Shown in pieces: positions 51,775 through 63,143 of a DNA stretch of 64,000 bases (positions are counted from its first letter, which is position 1; each line of letters starts with the position of its first letter). The stretch spans positions 160,001-224,000 of the forward strand of contig CAWDML010000001.1 of NCBI GenBank assembly GCA_963803435.1. Direction: 5' to 3'. The translations under genes were made by a program, and so were the position numbers. The notes under the pieces are model-generated. The model saw only the letters and a program-made list of their open reading frames with translations. It had not been told where the DNA came from and ran no database searches. The DNA is from an uncultured delta proteobacterium (GTDB lineage: Bacteria > Myxococcota > Kuafuiibacteriia > Kuafuiibacteriales > Kuafuiibacteriaceae).

Positions 51775-53154
51775 ATGCTCTTCAAGGAGAGCTCCGCCCG
51801 CGTCCCACCCCTGCTCGACGGGGGGATACCGGTGCTGGGGCACGCGCTCGAGCTCAACCGCCATCCGGTCGATCTGCTGATGCGGGGGCGAAAGCGCTTC
51901 GGCGATCTCTTCTCGCTGGCGCTCCCCGGCACGCCGCACACGATCGTGATGACGGGTCCGCCGGCGCAGGAGAAGTTCTTCCGGCTGTCCGAGCCCGACG
52001 TCAGCCTCCGGGACGTCTACAAGCTGATGACGCCGATCTTCGGCAAGGGCATCGCGTACGACGCCACGCCGGAGGTCATGGCCGAGCAGCTCGGCTTCTT
52101 CCACGCTGCCCTCCGCGAGTCCCACCTCCGCGCCTACGCCGACGGCTTCGTGGCCGAGGCGGAGGCGTACTTCGGCAAGTGGGGCGACCGGGCCGTCGTC
52201 GATCTCTACGCCACCGGCAACGAGCTCACCATCTACACCTCGAGCCGCTGCTTCCTGGGTCTCGACTTCCGCCGCCGGCTCTCGAGCGAGTTCGCCAAGC
52301 TCTACTTCGACATGGAGGGTGGCCTCAGCCTGCTCGCCTTCTTCGCGCCGCACCTCCCCACCCCCAAGTTCATCAAGCGCGATCGCGCCCGCAAGCGCAT
52401 GGGCGAGCTGATCGCCAACATCGTAGAGGAGCGGCGCCGCGCCGGCACCACCGGCGCCGACTTCCTGCAGGCCCTGATGGAGGCCAAGTATCAGGACGGT
52501 CGCACGCTCACCCACGACGAGATCACGGGGCTGATCCTCGCGATCATGTTCGCCGGCCATCACACCAGCGGCGTGACGTTCTCCTGGACCTCCGTCCTCC
52601 TGGCCCAGCACCAGCGCTGGCTCGCCGAGCTCCGCGAGGAGCAGGAGCGGGTCCTCGGCGATCGCACCACCGTCACGCTGGACGATCTCCATGCGATGGA
52701 GAAGCTCGGCTGGACGATCAAGGAGGTGCTGCGCCTGTACCCGCCGTTGATCATGCTGATGCGGAAGGTGCTCAAGGGCTTCGAGTTCAAGGGCTTCGAG
52801 TTCCCCGAGAATACGATGGTGGTCGCTTCGCCGGCCGTCAGCCATCGCATCCCGGAGGTCTTCGCGGGCCCGGACACGTTCGATCCCGAGCGCTTCGCCC
52901 CCGACCGGGCCGAGGACAAGAAGCATCCGATGTCCTGGATCGCGTTCGGCGGCGGGCGCCACAAGTGCATGGGCATCGTATTCGCTCAGCTCCAGCTCAA
53001 GGCGATCTACAGCCACGTGCTCCGGAACTTCGACCTCGAGCTGTACGGCGACGTCTACGAGCCCGACTACGAGCGCATGCTGGTCGGGCCCCGGCTCCCC
53101 TGTCGAGCGCGCTTCGTCCGCCGCAAGCAGCGCCCGATGGCCGCGGTCGCCTGA
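51775..53154 (+). CDS. cyp51: Sterol 14-alpha-demethylase CYP51
   Basis: YKLMTPIFGKGIAYD, FAGHHTS, KEVLRLYPP, FGGGRHKCMG. Confidence 0.92.
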   Translation: MLFKESSARVPPLLDGGIPVLGHALELNRHPVDLLMRGRKRFGDLFSLALPGTPHTIVMTGPPAQEKFFRLSEPDVSLRDVYKLMTPIFGKGIAYDATPEVMAEQLGFFHAALRESHLRAYADGFVAEAEAYFGKWGDRAVVDLYATGNELTIYTSSRCFLGLDFRRRLSSEFAKLYFDMEGGLSLLAFFAPHLPTPKFIKRDRARKRMGELIANIVEERRRAGTTGADFLQALMEAKYQDGRTLTHDEITGLILAIMFAGHHTSGVTFSWTSVLLAQHQRWLAELREEQERVLGDRTTVTLDDLHAMEKLGWTIKEVLRLYPPLIMLMRKVLKGFEFKGFEFPENTMVVASPAVSHRIPEVFAGPDTFDPERFAPDRAEDKKHPMSWIAFGGGRHKCMGIVFAQLQLKAIYSHVLRNFDLELYGDVYEPDYERMLVGPRLPCRARFVRRKQRPMAAVA

Positions 53155-54221
53155 TGATCACGCCTTCGAGCCTGGCGCTCAGCGCCGCCCTGGTGTCGGG
53201 CTTCATCGCGGCCTTGTTCGCTGGCGCCCTCGTCTTCCCCGGGAAGATGGTGGAAGGCTTCCCTCAGCCGGACGGCGCCACCAAGGAGTACAAGGTCAAC
53301 GGCATGGCGCTCTGGATCGCGACGCACGTGGTCCTGATCGCCGGTTGGTTGCTCTTCCGTCTCTCGCTGGCGCCGCTGATCGACCTGTTCTGGTCGCTGC
53401 TCCTGGTGACCAACCTGGTGGCGGCCGCCTGGACACTCGCGCTCTACGCGTCGGCGCCGAGCCGGCGTGCGGGTCTCATCGGGCTGATCAAGGACCTCTG
53501 GTTCGGGGCCGAGCTCAACCCCACGCTGCTCGGCGTCGATCTCAAGGTCTTCGCCTATCAGCCCTCGCTGATCGGACTCTGGCTCCTCAACCTCTCGTTT
53601 GCGTACGCGCAGTACGAAGCGCAAGGCAGCTTGACACCGCAGATGATCGCCTACCAGGCGTTCTGGTGGCTCTACCTCACCACCCATTACTGGTACGAGC
53701 GGGGCGTCCTTTCCATGTGGGACGTGATCGCCGAGAACTTCGGCTTCATGCTGGTCTGGGGCGACCTGGTGCTGGTCCCGTTCTTCTACAGCATCGCCGG
53801 CTGGTGGCTCCTCGAGGCCCGACCGCGGCCCGCCACGTCGATGATCGCGCTCGCCCTCGTGCACGTGCTCGGGCTCTGGATCTTCCGCGAGTCCAACGCG
53901 CAGAAGGATCGTTTCAAGCGCGATCGCTCGGCGCGGATCTGGGGCCGCCCCGCCGAGACCCTCGGCGGCCGCCTGCTGGTCTCCGGTTGGTGGGGCATCG
54001 GCCGCAAGCTCAACTACACCGGCGAGATCATGGTGTACTGCTCCTTCGCCCTCACCACCGGCTTCGAGTCGGTCGTCCCCTACCTCCTCCCGCTCTGGCT
54101 CTGCTGCCTCCTGCCCCACCGCGCCTGGCGCGACGAGCAGCGCTGCAAGTCCAAGTACGGCGAGCTCTGGAACGAGTACACGAAGAAGGCCCGCTTTCGG
54201 ATGGTCCCGTTTCTCTACTGA
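53154..54221 (+). CDS. ERG4/ERG24-family sterol reductase (C-14 reductase-like)
   Basis: YKVNG, GAELNP, DLKVF, ENFGFMLVWGDLV, SNAQKDRFK, LLVSGWWGIGRKLNYTGE, HRAWRDEQRCKSKYG. Confidence 0.92.
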   Translation: MITPSSLALSAALVSGFIAALFAGALVFPGKMVEGFPQPDGATKEYKVNGMALWIATHVVLIAGWLLFRLSLAPLIDLFWSLLLVTNLVAAAWTLALYASAPSRRAGLIGLIKDLWFGAELNPTLLGVDLKVFAYQPSLIGLWLLNLSFAYAQYEAQGSLTPQMIAYQAFWWLYLTTHYWYERGVLSMWDVIAENFGFMLVWGDLVLVPFFYSIAGWWLLEARPRPATSMIALALVHVLGLWIFRESNAQKDRFKRDRSARIWGRPAETLGGRLLVSGWWGIGRKLNYTGEIMVYCSFALTTGFESVVPYLLPLWLCCLLPHRAWRDEQRCKSKYGELWNEYTKKARFRMVPFLY

Positions 54222-54228
54222 GGTCTCG

Positions 54229-54567
54229 ATGAAGTTTCAGATCCTCATCTGCGACGGCCCCAGCTGCGGCGTCACCCACGACAGCGATCAGCTGGTCGAA
54301 TGCGCCCGGGCGCACCTCGCCGACAGGCCCGACCTGGCCGCCGGCGTCGAGCTCGTCCGCTTCACCTGCTTCGATCACTGCGACGATGGTCCGAACCTCT
54401 TCGTCCGCGAGCTCGCCGACGGCGAGACGCCGAGCGAGCCCGACGGCGCCCTCTTCTCCTCTCAGCGCGGCTTCTACGAGCACATGGACGAGGACAAGCT
54501 CCGGCGCCTGCTCGACGAGCACTGCACCACCGGCGAGCCGATCGAAGATCTCGTCACCGACTACTGA
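54229..54567 (+). CDS. Thioredoxin-like [2Fe-2S] ferredoxin
   Basis: ICDGPSC...CFDHCDDGPN; DEHCTTGEP. Confidence 0.8.
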   Translation: MKFQILICDGPSCGVTHDSDQLVECARAHLADRPDLAAGVELVRFTCFDHCDDGPNLFVRELADGETPSEPDGALFSSQRGFYEHMDEDKLRRLLDEHCTTGEPIEDLVTDY

Positions 54568-54758
54568 CGAGCCGATCAGAGCTGACCGGTCGTCGGTGGC
54601 GAGGCGGGCTCGGCGTCGGGACGGCCAATCTGACCATTGAGCCCGAGGCTGTCCACGCCATTGCGGTAGTCCTGGAGGAACGACTCGATCTCCGCCCGTG
54701 TCTGCGGAGACGTGCTCGGCTGCCTCGTCAGCGCCTCCAGCCCATTGACCTGACCTCG

Positions 54759-55194
54759 ATGACTCGCCTCCTCGCGCTCTTGGCGCTCAAGCGCCTGTTG
54801 ATCCTCGGGCGCGGTGAGGAGCGCTTCGAGCTCCCCGAGACCTCGGAGGCCCTCGTCCGCCGGACCCTGATCCGCGCCGCCGGGAGCGACCGCGCCCGCG
54901 CCGAGCTCACGGCCGTCCTCCGCCTGCTCGTCGCGCTCGAGTCTCGCCTCGAATCCCCCACGGCGGCCGCCCGCCTCCGCACCTGGATGCGCTCGACCCC
55001 GGAGACGCACGAGATGATCCGAAGCCTCGGGTTCGGCGGCGCCAAGGGCCTCGAATCTCACCCGAGACTTCAAGCGCCGCGAAGGTCGATCGCTCGACCT
55101 CGCCGCCCCCCGTTTCGGCGAGCTCGCCCCGGCCGATACAATCCCGCTCCACCGGATCACGGGGCAACGCCGCCGCCGTCGCGATCCTCGCTGA
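54759..55194 (+). CDS. Hypothetical protein with a +1 frameshift at 55053-55057
   Basis: MTRLLALLALKRLL... Removing one A from GAATC gives GLDLTRDFKRREGRSLDLAAPRFG...DPR*. Confidence 0.5.
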
Positions 55195-55283
55195 GCGGCG
55201 ATGCCCCTCGAGGTGTAACCTCCGAGTTCGCAACTCAAGTTGCGCGAACCACGGCGACGGCACCCGCCGATAAGAGCGCACAC

Positions 55284-56849
55284 ATGAAGAGCGTCCCAGG
55301 TTACGTCAACACGTTGGCGAGCGCGCTGACGGGTGGCTCCCTCACCGAGAAGGATCTCGCAAACGTCGAGGTCGCGGTGAAACGCTCCAGAGGAGCGAAC
55401 CGTCAGATCGTCTCGCGCCTCGCCGACTACGTGCGGTACGACGCAGAGCTCGACGCCGCCGAACGGGCCAGCACCGTCGAGGCGCTTCGCAAGCTCGGCG
55501 CGAACGATCGCCAGCTCTCGAAGATCCGCTCTCTGCCCGCCACCAACGTCGACATCGCTCATCTGGATCTGGAGATCGACATTCGCAAGGACCCGATCCA
55601 CCACGAGGTAGGGCTGTCACTCTCGCGCCCCGCACCGAACATCGCGATCGTCGAGGCCGACAGCGCGACGATCGCGATCGGGAGCGTCCGCGTGGGTGGA
55701 CAGGAGTGCGCGTACAACCATCGCTCGGGGCGCCTGCACATCCAGATCCCGGACTCGGTGAAAGCGTCCGATCGCTACCGCATCGACATCTCCTACGACG
55801 TCACGCCGACGGCCAACCCGGTCGATCCGGGCATGGTCGAAGGCGACGGCCAGATCCGCACGCTGACCTGGGCGGAGAACATCGATCGCTGGATCCCCGG
55901 CGACAATCGGGTCGGCCGCGGCGTCAGCGCGACCATCCACGTGTACTCGGATCCGGACACCGTGGTTTCGGCCTCCGGCCGTCCCGTGCTGCGACACGAG
56001 GGCTACGCGCGCTTCGAGATGGAGCGCGGACCCTTCTACACGGCCTCGCTCTACGCGGCGAAGGGCGGCGAGATCCTGGACGCCTCGGGAGACGGCCGCG
56101 GTCCGTTCTACGTCTCTGCCAGCGGCGATGACGCGATGCGGGCGAACCGCAGGAAGTATCTCGACGTGCTTCGACACACGGTCGGCTTCATGAACTCCAA
56201 GTTCTCCAACTCACCGTACGGCACGATCGATCAGATCGCGGAGCCGACGGGTCCCTTCGACGGGATGGAGCACGCCGACGCGATCCATCTCTACAGCAAC
56301 ACCGCCGCCAAGCCGGAGGAGGCCATCGACGTCATCGCGCACGAGGCGATCCATCACTGGTTCGGCGACGGCAACTGGATCCGGACCTATGCGGACCTCT
56401 GGCTCTCCGAAGGCGTCACGAGCTACTGGACCTACCGCGCCAAAGAGGAGCGCGAGGGCGTGCAGGCGTTCTCGGACGCGCGGGCGAAGGGGTGCGAGCG
56501 CGCCGTGAAGGCGATCGAGCGGCGGAACGCCTCCGACCAGAAATATCCGCTGCGACCAGCCGACGATCTGGTGCCCGGAGATGCGGTTCTCGACGGCACG
56601 GTGTACGAGTACGGCGCGTTCCTACTGATGCTGATCGAGGAGAAGGTCGGACGCGAGACCTTCGACGCGGTGTTCGCCGAGTACTACGAGACCACACGCC
56701 AGACGCCCGTCGACACGGCGGCCTTCGTCGCGTTCTTCGAGGAGAAGACCGGCACGCCCCTCCGCGACTTCGCGGACAAGTGGATCTATCGCCTTCCCTC
56801 CACCGCCGAGGTGCGCGCGGAGGTCGATCGCTTCCTGGCGGCCCACTGA
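55284..56849 (+). CDS. M1-family zinc aminopeptidase with an N-terminal extension
   Basis: FDGMEH (GAMEN-like), IAHEAIHHWFG...WLSEG (HExxH-x18-E), VYEYGA. Start uncertain. Confidence 0.85.
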   Translation: MKSVPGYVNTLASALTGGSLTEKDLANVEVAVKRSRGANRQIVSRLADYVRYDAELDAAERASTVEALRKLGANDRQLSKIRSLPATNVDIAHLDLEIDIRKDPIHHEVGLSLSRPAPNIAIVEADSATIAIGSVRVGGQECAYNHRSGRLHIQIPDSVKASDRYRIDISYDVTPTANPVDPGMVEGDGQIRTLTWAENIDRWIPGDNRVGRGVSATIHVYSDPDTVVSASGRPVLRHEGYARFEMERGPFYTASLYAAKGGEILDASGDGRGPFYVSASGDDAMRANRRKYLDVLRHTVGFMNSKFSNSPYGTIDQIAEPTGPFDGMEHADAIHLYSNTAAKPEEAIDVIAHEAIHHWFGDGNWIRTYADLWLSEGVTSYWTYRAKEEREGVQAFSDARAKGCERAVKAIERRNASDQKYPLRPADDLVPGDAVLDGTVYEYGAFLLMLIEEKVGRETFDAVFAEYYETTRQTPVDTAAFVAFFEEKTGTPLRDFADKWIYRLPSTAEVRAEVDRFLAAH

Positions 56850-56913
56850 GGCGCAGCTCGGGCTTTACAGCCACCGCCGCACCAGAACACAGTGAGGTCG
56901 GGCTGCCCGCCGG

Positions 56914-59900
56914 ATGACGGTCTCGTTCACCAACGGAGTTCTGGAAGACCGGCGTCTGGACGCGGCGATCGAGCGCTACGTCTCCTACCTCGGCGATGCG
57001 ACCGTCCCGAAGAGCGCCGCGCTCCTACGGGAGAGCATCGGCGCGTTCGGTGATACCGACGCGAAGGCGGCGCTCGACCTCTACGGCGCCGAGGTCGTCG
57101 GTCGAGCCGCCGTCAAGAACATCCGGGAGCGCCGCGAGTTCGAGCAAGCGGTCGATGTCTATGCGAACGCGCTCGCCGGCCAGCCGCTGCCCGCGAGCCT
57201 CGAGGAGCTGGCGCGGAGCCACCGGAAGGCACGCCGGAAGGCGGCGCCCGCCGACAGAAAGGCGCTCGACCATCCCTATCAGCTCGCGATGAACGCCATC
57301 ACGGCGTTCGGGCTCGACGCGTTCGCCCAGGCGGTGACGCTCCGCCGGGCGGGCGGGCAGGTGGTCGCGCCGCCGCGAGCGCCCGAGGTCGATCGACCGA
57401 TCGGAGGTGACCTCGAGGATCCGGCCGAGCAGTACCGCATCGGTCACGCGCTCGCGTCGACACGCTCGAAGGTGAAGGCCGAGTCGTGGCTCCGCAAGGC
57501 GGCCAAGCAAGGCCACCACCGCGCGCAGTACGAGCTCGCCGACATGCTGATCCGTCGAAAGGATCTGGCCGCCCGCGAGGAGGGCGTGACCTGGCTGTTC
57601 AAGTCGGCGCAGTTCGCGAGCAAGCAGGGCGAGGTCGACGCGCACCTCCTGCTGGCGCGCGCCTACGAGGTCGGCGTCCCCGGCGCGCTGGAGAAGAACC
57701 ACCGACTCGCGGGCCTGTGGGCGCGAAAGGCCGCCGTGACCTCGAAGGCGCCGGTGCCCCAGCCCGATCGGCGGGACCCGCTCGGGCAGTACCTCCTCGC
57801 ATGCCGCTATCTCGACGGGCTCGGCGTCGAGCGGGACCCCGAGAAGGGCGTCGCGCTGCTGGAGCAGGTGGTCCGCGGGAAGAGCCGCTACAGCCGCTGG
57901 GCCTCCTCCAAGCTCGAGGCGCTCGACGCCCCCAAGCCGTACCGGCGGCGCACGCTCGCCCATCAGCCGGTCACGCAGGCGTACCTCGACGTGGTCCGAC
58001 CGTCGATCCTCGGCCAGACCCGCGAGAAGAGCATCTGGCGGGCGTTCCTCGACTCGACGCCGCTATTCGACGTGATCGCCGACATCGCGGAGACGGCCGG
58101 TAGCCCTGCCTACGACGGGCTCGCGGACTTCCTCTCCCTGATCCTCGATCCGACGCTCTCGAAGGAGGCCAAGCTCGAACGCCTCGAGGTCAACGGCGAG
58201 CGGATCCACCGCGGCCTCTCGGAGCTCCTCGAGCTCGAACGCGAGGATCGCGGCCGCTTCCGCCCCGCGTTCGAGGATCTCTTCCGACTCTTCGCCGAGC
58301 GCTATCGGAGCGAGCTGTCTGGCGAGCCGACCGAGGTGGAGCGGGCGGTGACGCGCCTCGCCGGCGGCGATCCAAAGGACGCGCGCGTCGTCGTCGATCT
58401 GCTGCTCGGGCTCGGGCGGTGGCTCGACGATCTGATCCAGGAGCGCGATCGCCCGGTCGAGGACGTCGCGCGCAGGGCGATCGAGGGCGCCGACCGATTT
58501 CTCGAGCTCGAGCGCGGCGTGCGCGTGCTCCGCAAGGTCAGACCGCGCTCGGTCTCCGACCTCCTCGCCGCGACGCTCGATCACCAGCAGCAGACAGTCG
58601 CCGCCGGCGTCGTCGACTTCCTCTCGCTGTTCCTCGATCCCACCCTGCGTCCGGAGCAGCGCGCCCAGAAGCTGCAGGAGCGCCGGACCAAGATCGAGCA
58701 CGCGCTGGCGGCCACCACCGGCGCGCCCGAGGGCAACGCGTTCTTCGCCACGCTCTTCAACGTGCTCGGAAAGCACCTCGAGCGCGCATCGGACGGCGCC
58801 GAGGGCTCGCTCCTCGAGGCGATCTCTTCATGGCTCCCGCCCACCGCCACCCGCGCCGAGCGCGAGAGCGTCACCAAGAGCCTCCTCTCGCTGGGTCGGA
58901 CCCTCGACCGTGAGCTCCGCGACGTCGGGCAGGACCCCGGCGCGCTCCCGAAGGTCCTCGACGGCCTCGAGGGCGTCCTGTCGGTAAAGAGGGAGCTCTC
59001 CGATCTCCTCGGCGCGAAGGCCCTCTCTCCCTGGAAGCTGGCGATGGGTGCGGTCGCGGGCGGGCTGACCTGGGAGGCGTTCCGCGTCAGCGGTCTCCAG
59101 GAGGCGATCCGCGAGCACACCGGCGTCGATCCCGTCCTGGTCGAGCTCCACAGAAAGGTCGGGCTGATCCCACCGTCCATCGCGCGCGAGCTCGACGAAG
59201 AGCAGGTCGAGGCGACGCTCTCCTTCCTGTCCGTGTTCGTCGATCCTCTGCTCTCCCGCGAGCGGAAGGCCGAAATCCTCGACCAGACGATCGAGCGCGC
59301 CGCCTCGCTCCTCGACTTCGATCGCCTCCCTAACACCAACTGGACCGAGCTGTGCGGGCACGCCGGCAAGCAGCTCTCCGCGCACCTCGGGGACAGCGTG
59401 AAGCCGGACCTCGCCGACTTCCTCCGCGAGCGGATGATCGGGCTCGGCCAGCGTCTCGATCGCGAGACCTCGATCACCGTGGCCGATCCGATCGGCAACC
59501 TGGTCCAGCGCTCGGTCGCCGGCTTTCTCCGCTCCCACAAGGAGGCGCTGCTCGACTTCTCGGTGGCGGATCTCTCCCGGAGCACGTTCGAGTCGCTCCG
59601 CGCGGTCTCCGAAGAGGGACGTATCACGCAGGAGGATCTCCTGGACCGTATCCTCCCCGGGCTGAACCTCGGTCTCGACGCACCGCTGCTGGTGGCGCTC
59701 GATCGCCAGCTTCCGCTGATCCCGACGGATCTCCGGCAGCAGCTCGGAGACGAGGCGGCCGAGGAGCTGCTCGCGGTGCTTTCGCTGCCCTGCGATCCCT
59801 TCCGCTCCCGGGAGGAGCGGGCGGAGATCCTCGATCGCGCCCTCCAGCGCCTGGGCCACGCTCTCCCTGCCCTCGGCGAACGCTCCTGGTCCGCCCTCTT

Positions 59901-62900
59901 CGAGAGCGTGCGCAGCCGGATCCTCGATCACGCCGGCGAGCGCGGGATCTCCGTCCACCCGCAAGCGGACGAGTGGCTCACGAAGCGGCTCTCGGAGCTC
60001 GCCTCCACGCTCGATCGCGCCGGGAGCATCGAGAGCTTCCTCGGCCGCCACCGGGAGGACCTTCTCGATTCTGACGCTGCTCCGGCCCGCCACCACGAAG
60101 AAGGCCTGGAGGAGCCTGACCGTCGAGAGCGAGCTCGGTGAGGCAGCGGCGGCGTTGAAGCTGACGCGCGACGATCTCCGGGCGCTGCTCCCGCAAGGCA
60201 CCAATCTCCTGGCAAAGCTCGGCCCCGGCAACCTCGAGGCGCTCACCGACCTGGTGAACGTGTTCAGCGATCCCGCCCTCACCGTCGAGGATCGCCGGAA
60301 GCAGTTGGCCCTGATCTCGGATCAGCTCGGCGATCTCACGCGAACACTGCTCTCGGCGCTGGACGCGAGCAAGCGCGAGACCTTCTTCCAAGACCTCCTC
60401 GAGAGGGCGGGCGAGCTGATCGATCGCCGACGTGAAGGCAAGCCGCCCTGCGCCGCCACCGCCGCCAAGGTGGGCACGATGCTCGATCGCGTGGTCCGAC
60501 AGCTCAAGGATCCTGCCCAGGCAGAGCGGCTGGAGGCGCACCTCGACGTGGTGCGGTTCTTCTTCCGGATCGAGATCGACCGCCTGTGCCAGATCGACTT
60601 CTTCAACGGCGCATCCACGCGCACGGCCATGGACGAGATCCTCCAGGACATCACCCAGCTCGGCGACGTGACGATGAACCTGGTGCGCGCCCTCATCGCC
60701 GGATCGCGCGCCGGGAACGGAGGACCGGACGCCGAGCTCGCAGCGCTCGAGGTCAAGGAGTGCGTGGAGAACATGGGACCGTTCTTCACGAAGGTGGTGC
60801 AAACCTTCATCGATCCCATCGACTCGGGCCGGAGCGCGAACGAGGACGAGAACCTGATCGTCAAGGCGCTCAAGCAGCTACAGGACGCCACGCGGCCCAT
60901 CCCGTTCGATGAGGTGGAGAAGATCGTCGCCCGCGATCTGAGCGCGCCGATCGGCGAGTGCTTCCTGAGCTTCGAGCGCACCCCCTTCGCCTCCGCGTCG
61001 ATGGCGCAGTGCCACCTGGCCGAGATCGAACGTGACGGCCAGCGGGTCCAGGTCGTGGTGAAGGTCCTGAAGCCGGGCGCCGCCGAGTCGATCCGACACA
61101 ACTTCGATCTCATCCGCTTGCTCATCAAGATGGTGGGCTCGGTGGCGCAGGAGCTCCAGCACGCCGAGGAGTTCGCCGACGGCGATGCGGTCGACGGGAT
61201 GAGGCAGCTCGAGGCGCTCCGCCAGAAGCATGCCGCGCTGCGGGAGAGCACGCTGTCCGATTCTGACTGCGCTCCTCGACACCGTCGCGGTCAACTTGGA
61301 GAAGTCCTTCGGCGGCGAGAGCGACCTCCCGCGCGAGTGCGACAACCTGGAGCGGATGGGCCGGCTCCTCCAGTTCAACGACAAGATCAGGGTCCCCGCG
61401 GTCCACCGCGACCACTCCGGGAACGAGATCCTCACCATGGAGTTCGTCCCGACGCTGGCCATCTCCGACCTGGTCGAGATGGACGAAGACAGCGCCGAGC
61501 TCCAGACCGACCTGAAGTCTCGGCTGATCTCCACCTACCTGGCCCAGACGTTCATCTATCGCTTCCTCCACGGTGACTTCCACGGGAAGAACGTCGGCAT
61601 CGACGAGGAGGGGCGCTTCGTCCTCTACGATCTGGGGCAGATGGTCGACCTGCACGGTCGGTTGGTTCCTCCGCTCAAGCTGATGCTCGGCGCCCTCATC
61701 CACTCACCACGCATGGTGGCCGAGGCGGTCGTGGATCTCTCCGACCACGCCGAGCCCAAGCGACCGCTGAAGGACAAGATGCTCTCGGTCTTCGACCGCT
61801 CCGGCCGATCGGAGGCCGACGGTCCTGCCAAGGCCAGTCGCGCCACCCGCGCCGAGCTGGTGGCGGAGCTCGAGGAGGACATCGAGAAGACGCTGGCCGA
61901 GGCGTACGACGAGGCCAAGCTCGAGCGCTACCGCGAGCTGATGGGCGAGCTCCACCTCCCCGGCTGGCGGCTCCGGGAGGAGCTCAAGAGCAAGGTGCTC
62001 GGCACCAGGTCGAGCGCGGCGGACGCCCTCGCCGACGGTGCGATCAGCGCCGTCGAGGAGGACTGGAAGGCGATGGACGCGCCGGCGGTCCGGGCGCTGA
62101 GCGGCAAGGCGCTCCTGGCGCTCGCAGAGCGCCGCGTCCACGCCTACCTCACCGCGCCCGAGCAGGCCACCAGGCTCGCGTCGCTGACCGAGCTCGACGC
62201 GACCACCGTCGCCGAGCGCTTCACCACCCTGGTGGGGGCAGCGCTGAGCGAGGAGGCGAAGCAGGCCGGGATCGGGCGCGTGCGGCGGCTCGACGCCCTC
62301 CCCCAGGAGCCGGACGTGGCGCGGGCGCTGGGCAACCTCTGGAGCGAGCGGTCCGAGGAGGATCGCGTGCGAGAGCCGGCGCTGGTGGCGTGGTTCCGCG
62401 AGGCCGCGCTCGACGGCCTGGGCAACGATCCGGCGGTCTCGATGATCCTGTTGCGCGCGCTCCGGACGGTCGAGGCGACGCTCTCCGATCGCCCGAGCGA
62501 CGCTCCGCTCGCGGCGATCGATCTGAAGCAGCCGATCCTCGACTACTTCGCCGGTGAGACGGTGAGGGCCCGCCTCGCCTACCTCACCGGCGACCCTGCC
62601 GAGACCATCGACACCGTGCGGATCGCCGAGCTTCTCCACGCTCACGTGAGCGGACGCCTCACCGAGCCGCCGAAGAGCCCGTTCTCCCTCAAGAGACTCC
62701 TCCGGCGCGGTGTGCACGCGCTCGGCGCGATCCCCAAGGCGGTCAAGACCGAGCTCGTCGACGCGTACCACCGCCTCGAGCTCGAGCTCCGCATCCGAGC
62801 CGAATCGGGTGGGCTGACGCTGGCCGGCATCCTCTCGCGCGCCGCCGGCCGCAACGAGCTGGCCATCTCGGCGCAGTACTTTCAGCTCGGCAAGACCAAC

Positions 62901-63143
62901 GTGAGCTTCTGGGCCAACTGGCGCCGCCTCGACCACCGAGACTCCCGGGTGAGGATCCTCTCGATCCTCCGCGAGGTGATGATCCTCGAGCCGCTCCGAT
63001 ACGCCGCCTACCGCGCGCGCGTCCCCGGCCTGATCGCCGACGGCGCTGCGATCACCGGCCGCAAGGCGAAGCAGGTCGGCCGCTCGCTCGCTAGATCCCC
63101 AGCTCGACGCGCACCGTCCGATCCTTCACGTTCACCGACTTGA
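56914..63143 (+). CDS. Giant (~2,075 aa) protein: Sel1-like repeats, five helical repeats and an ABC1/UbiB atypical kinase; split by +1 frameshifts at 60067-60071 and 61259-61263
   Basis: Sel1-like WLRKAAKQGHHRAQYELA and YLDGLGVERDPEKG; ABC1 motifs GPFFTKVVQ, FASASMAQCH, VVVKVLKP, LHGDFHGKN, YDLGQM. Single-base deletions at the two GATTC sites join ORFs 56914, 60155 and 61230. Confidence 0.72.

Noticed and set aside
54576-54750. Minus-strand protein-like fragment (EALTRQPSTSPQTRAEIESFLQDYRNG...)
   Set aside because: No convincing start or family; possibly a gene remnant, but not supportable.
54300-56849. 849-aa M1 peptidase
   Set aside because: Read-through across the ferredoxin and a frameshifted upstream gene; the peptidase more likely starts near 55284.
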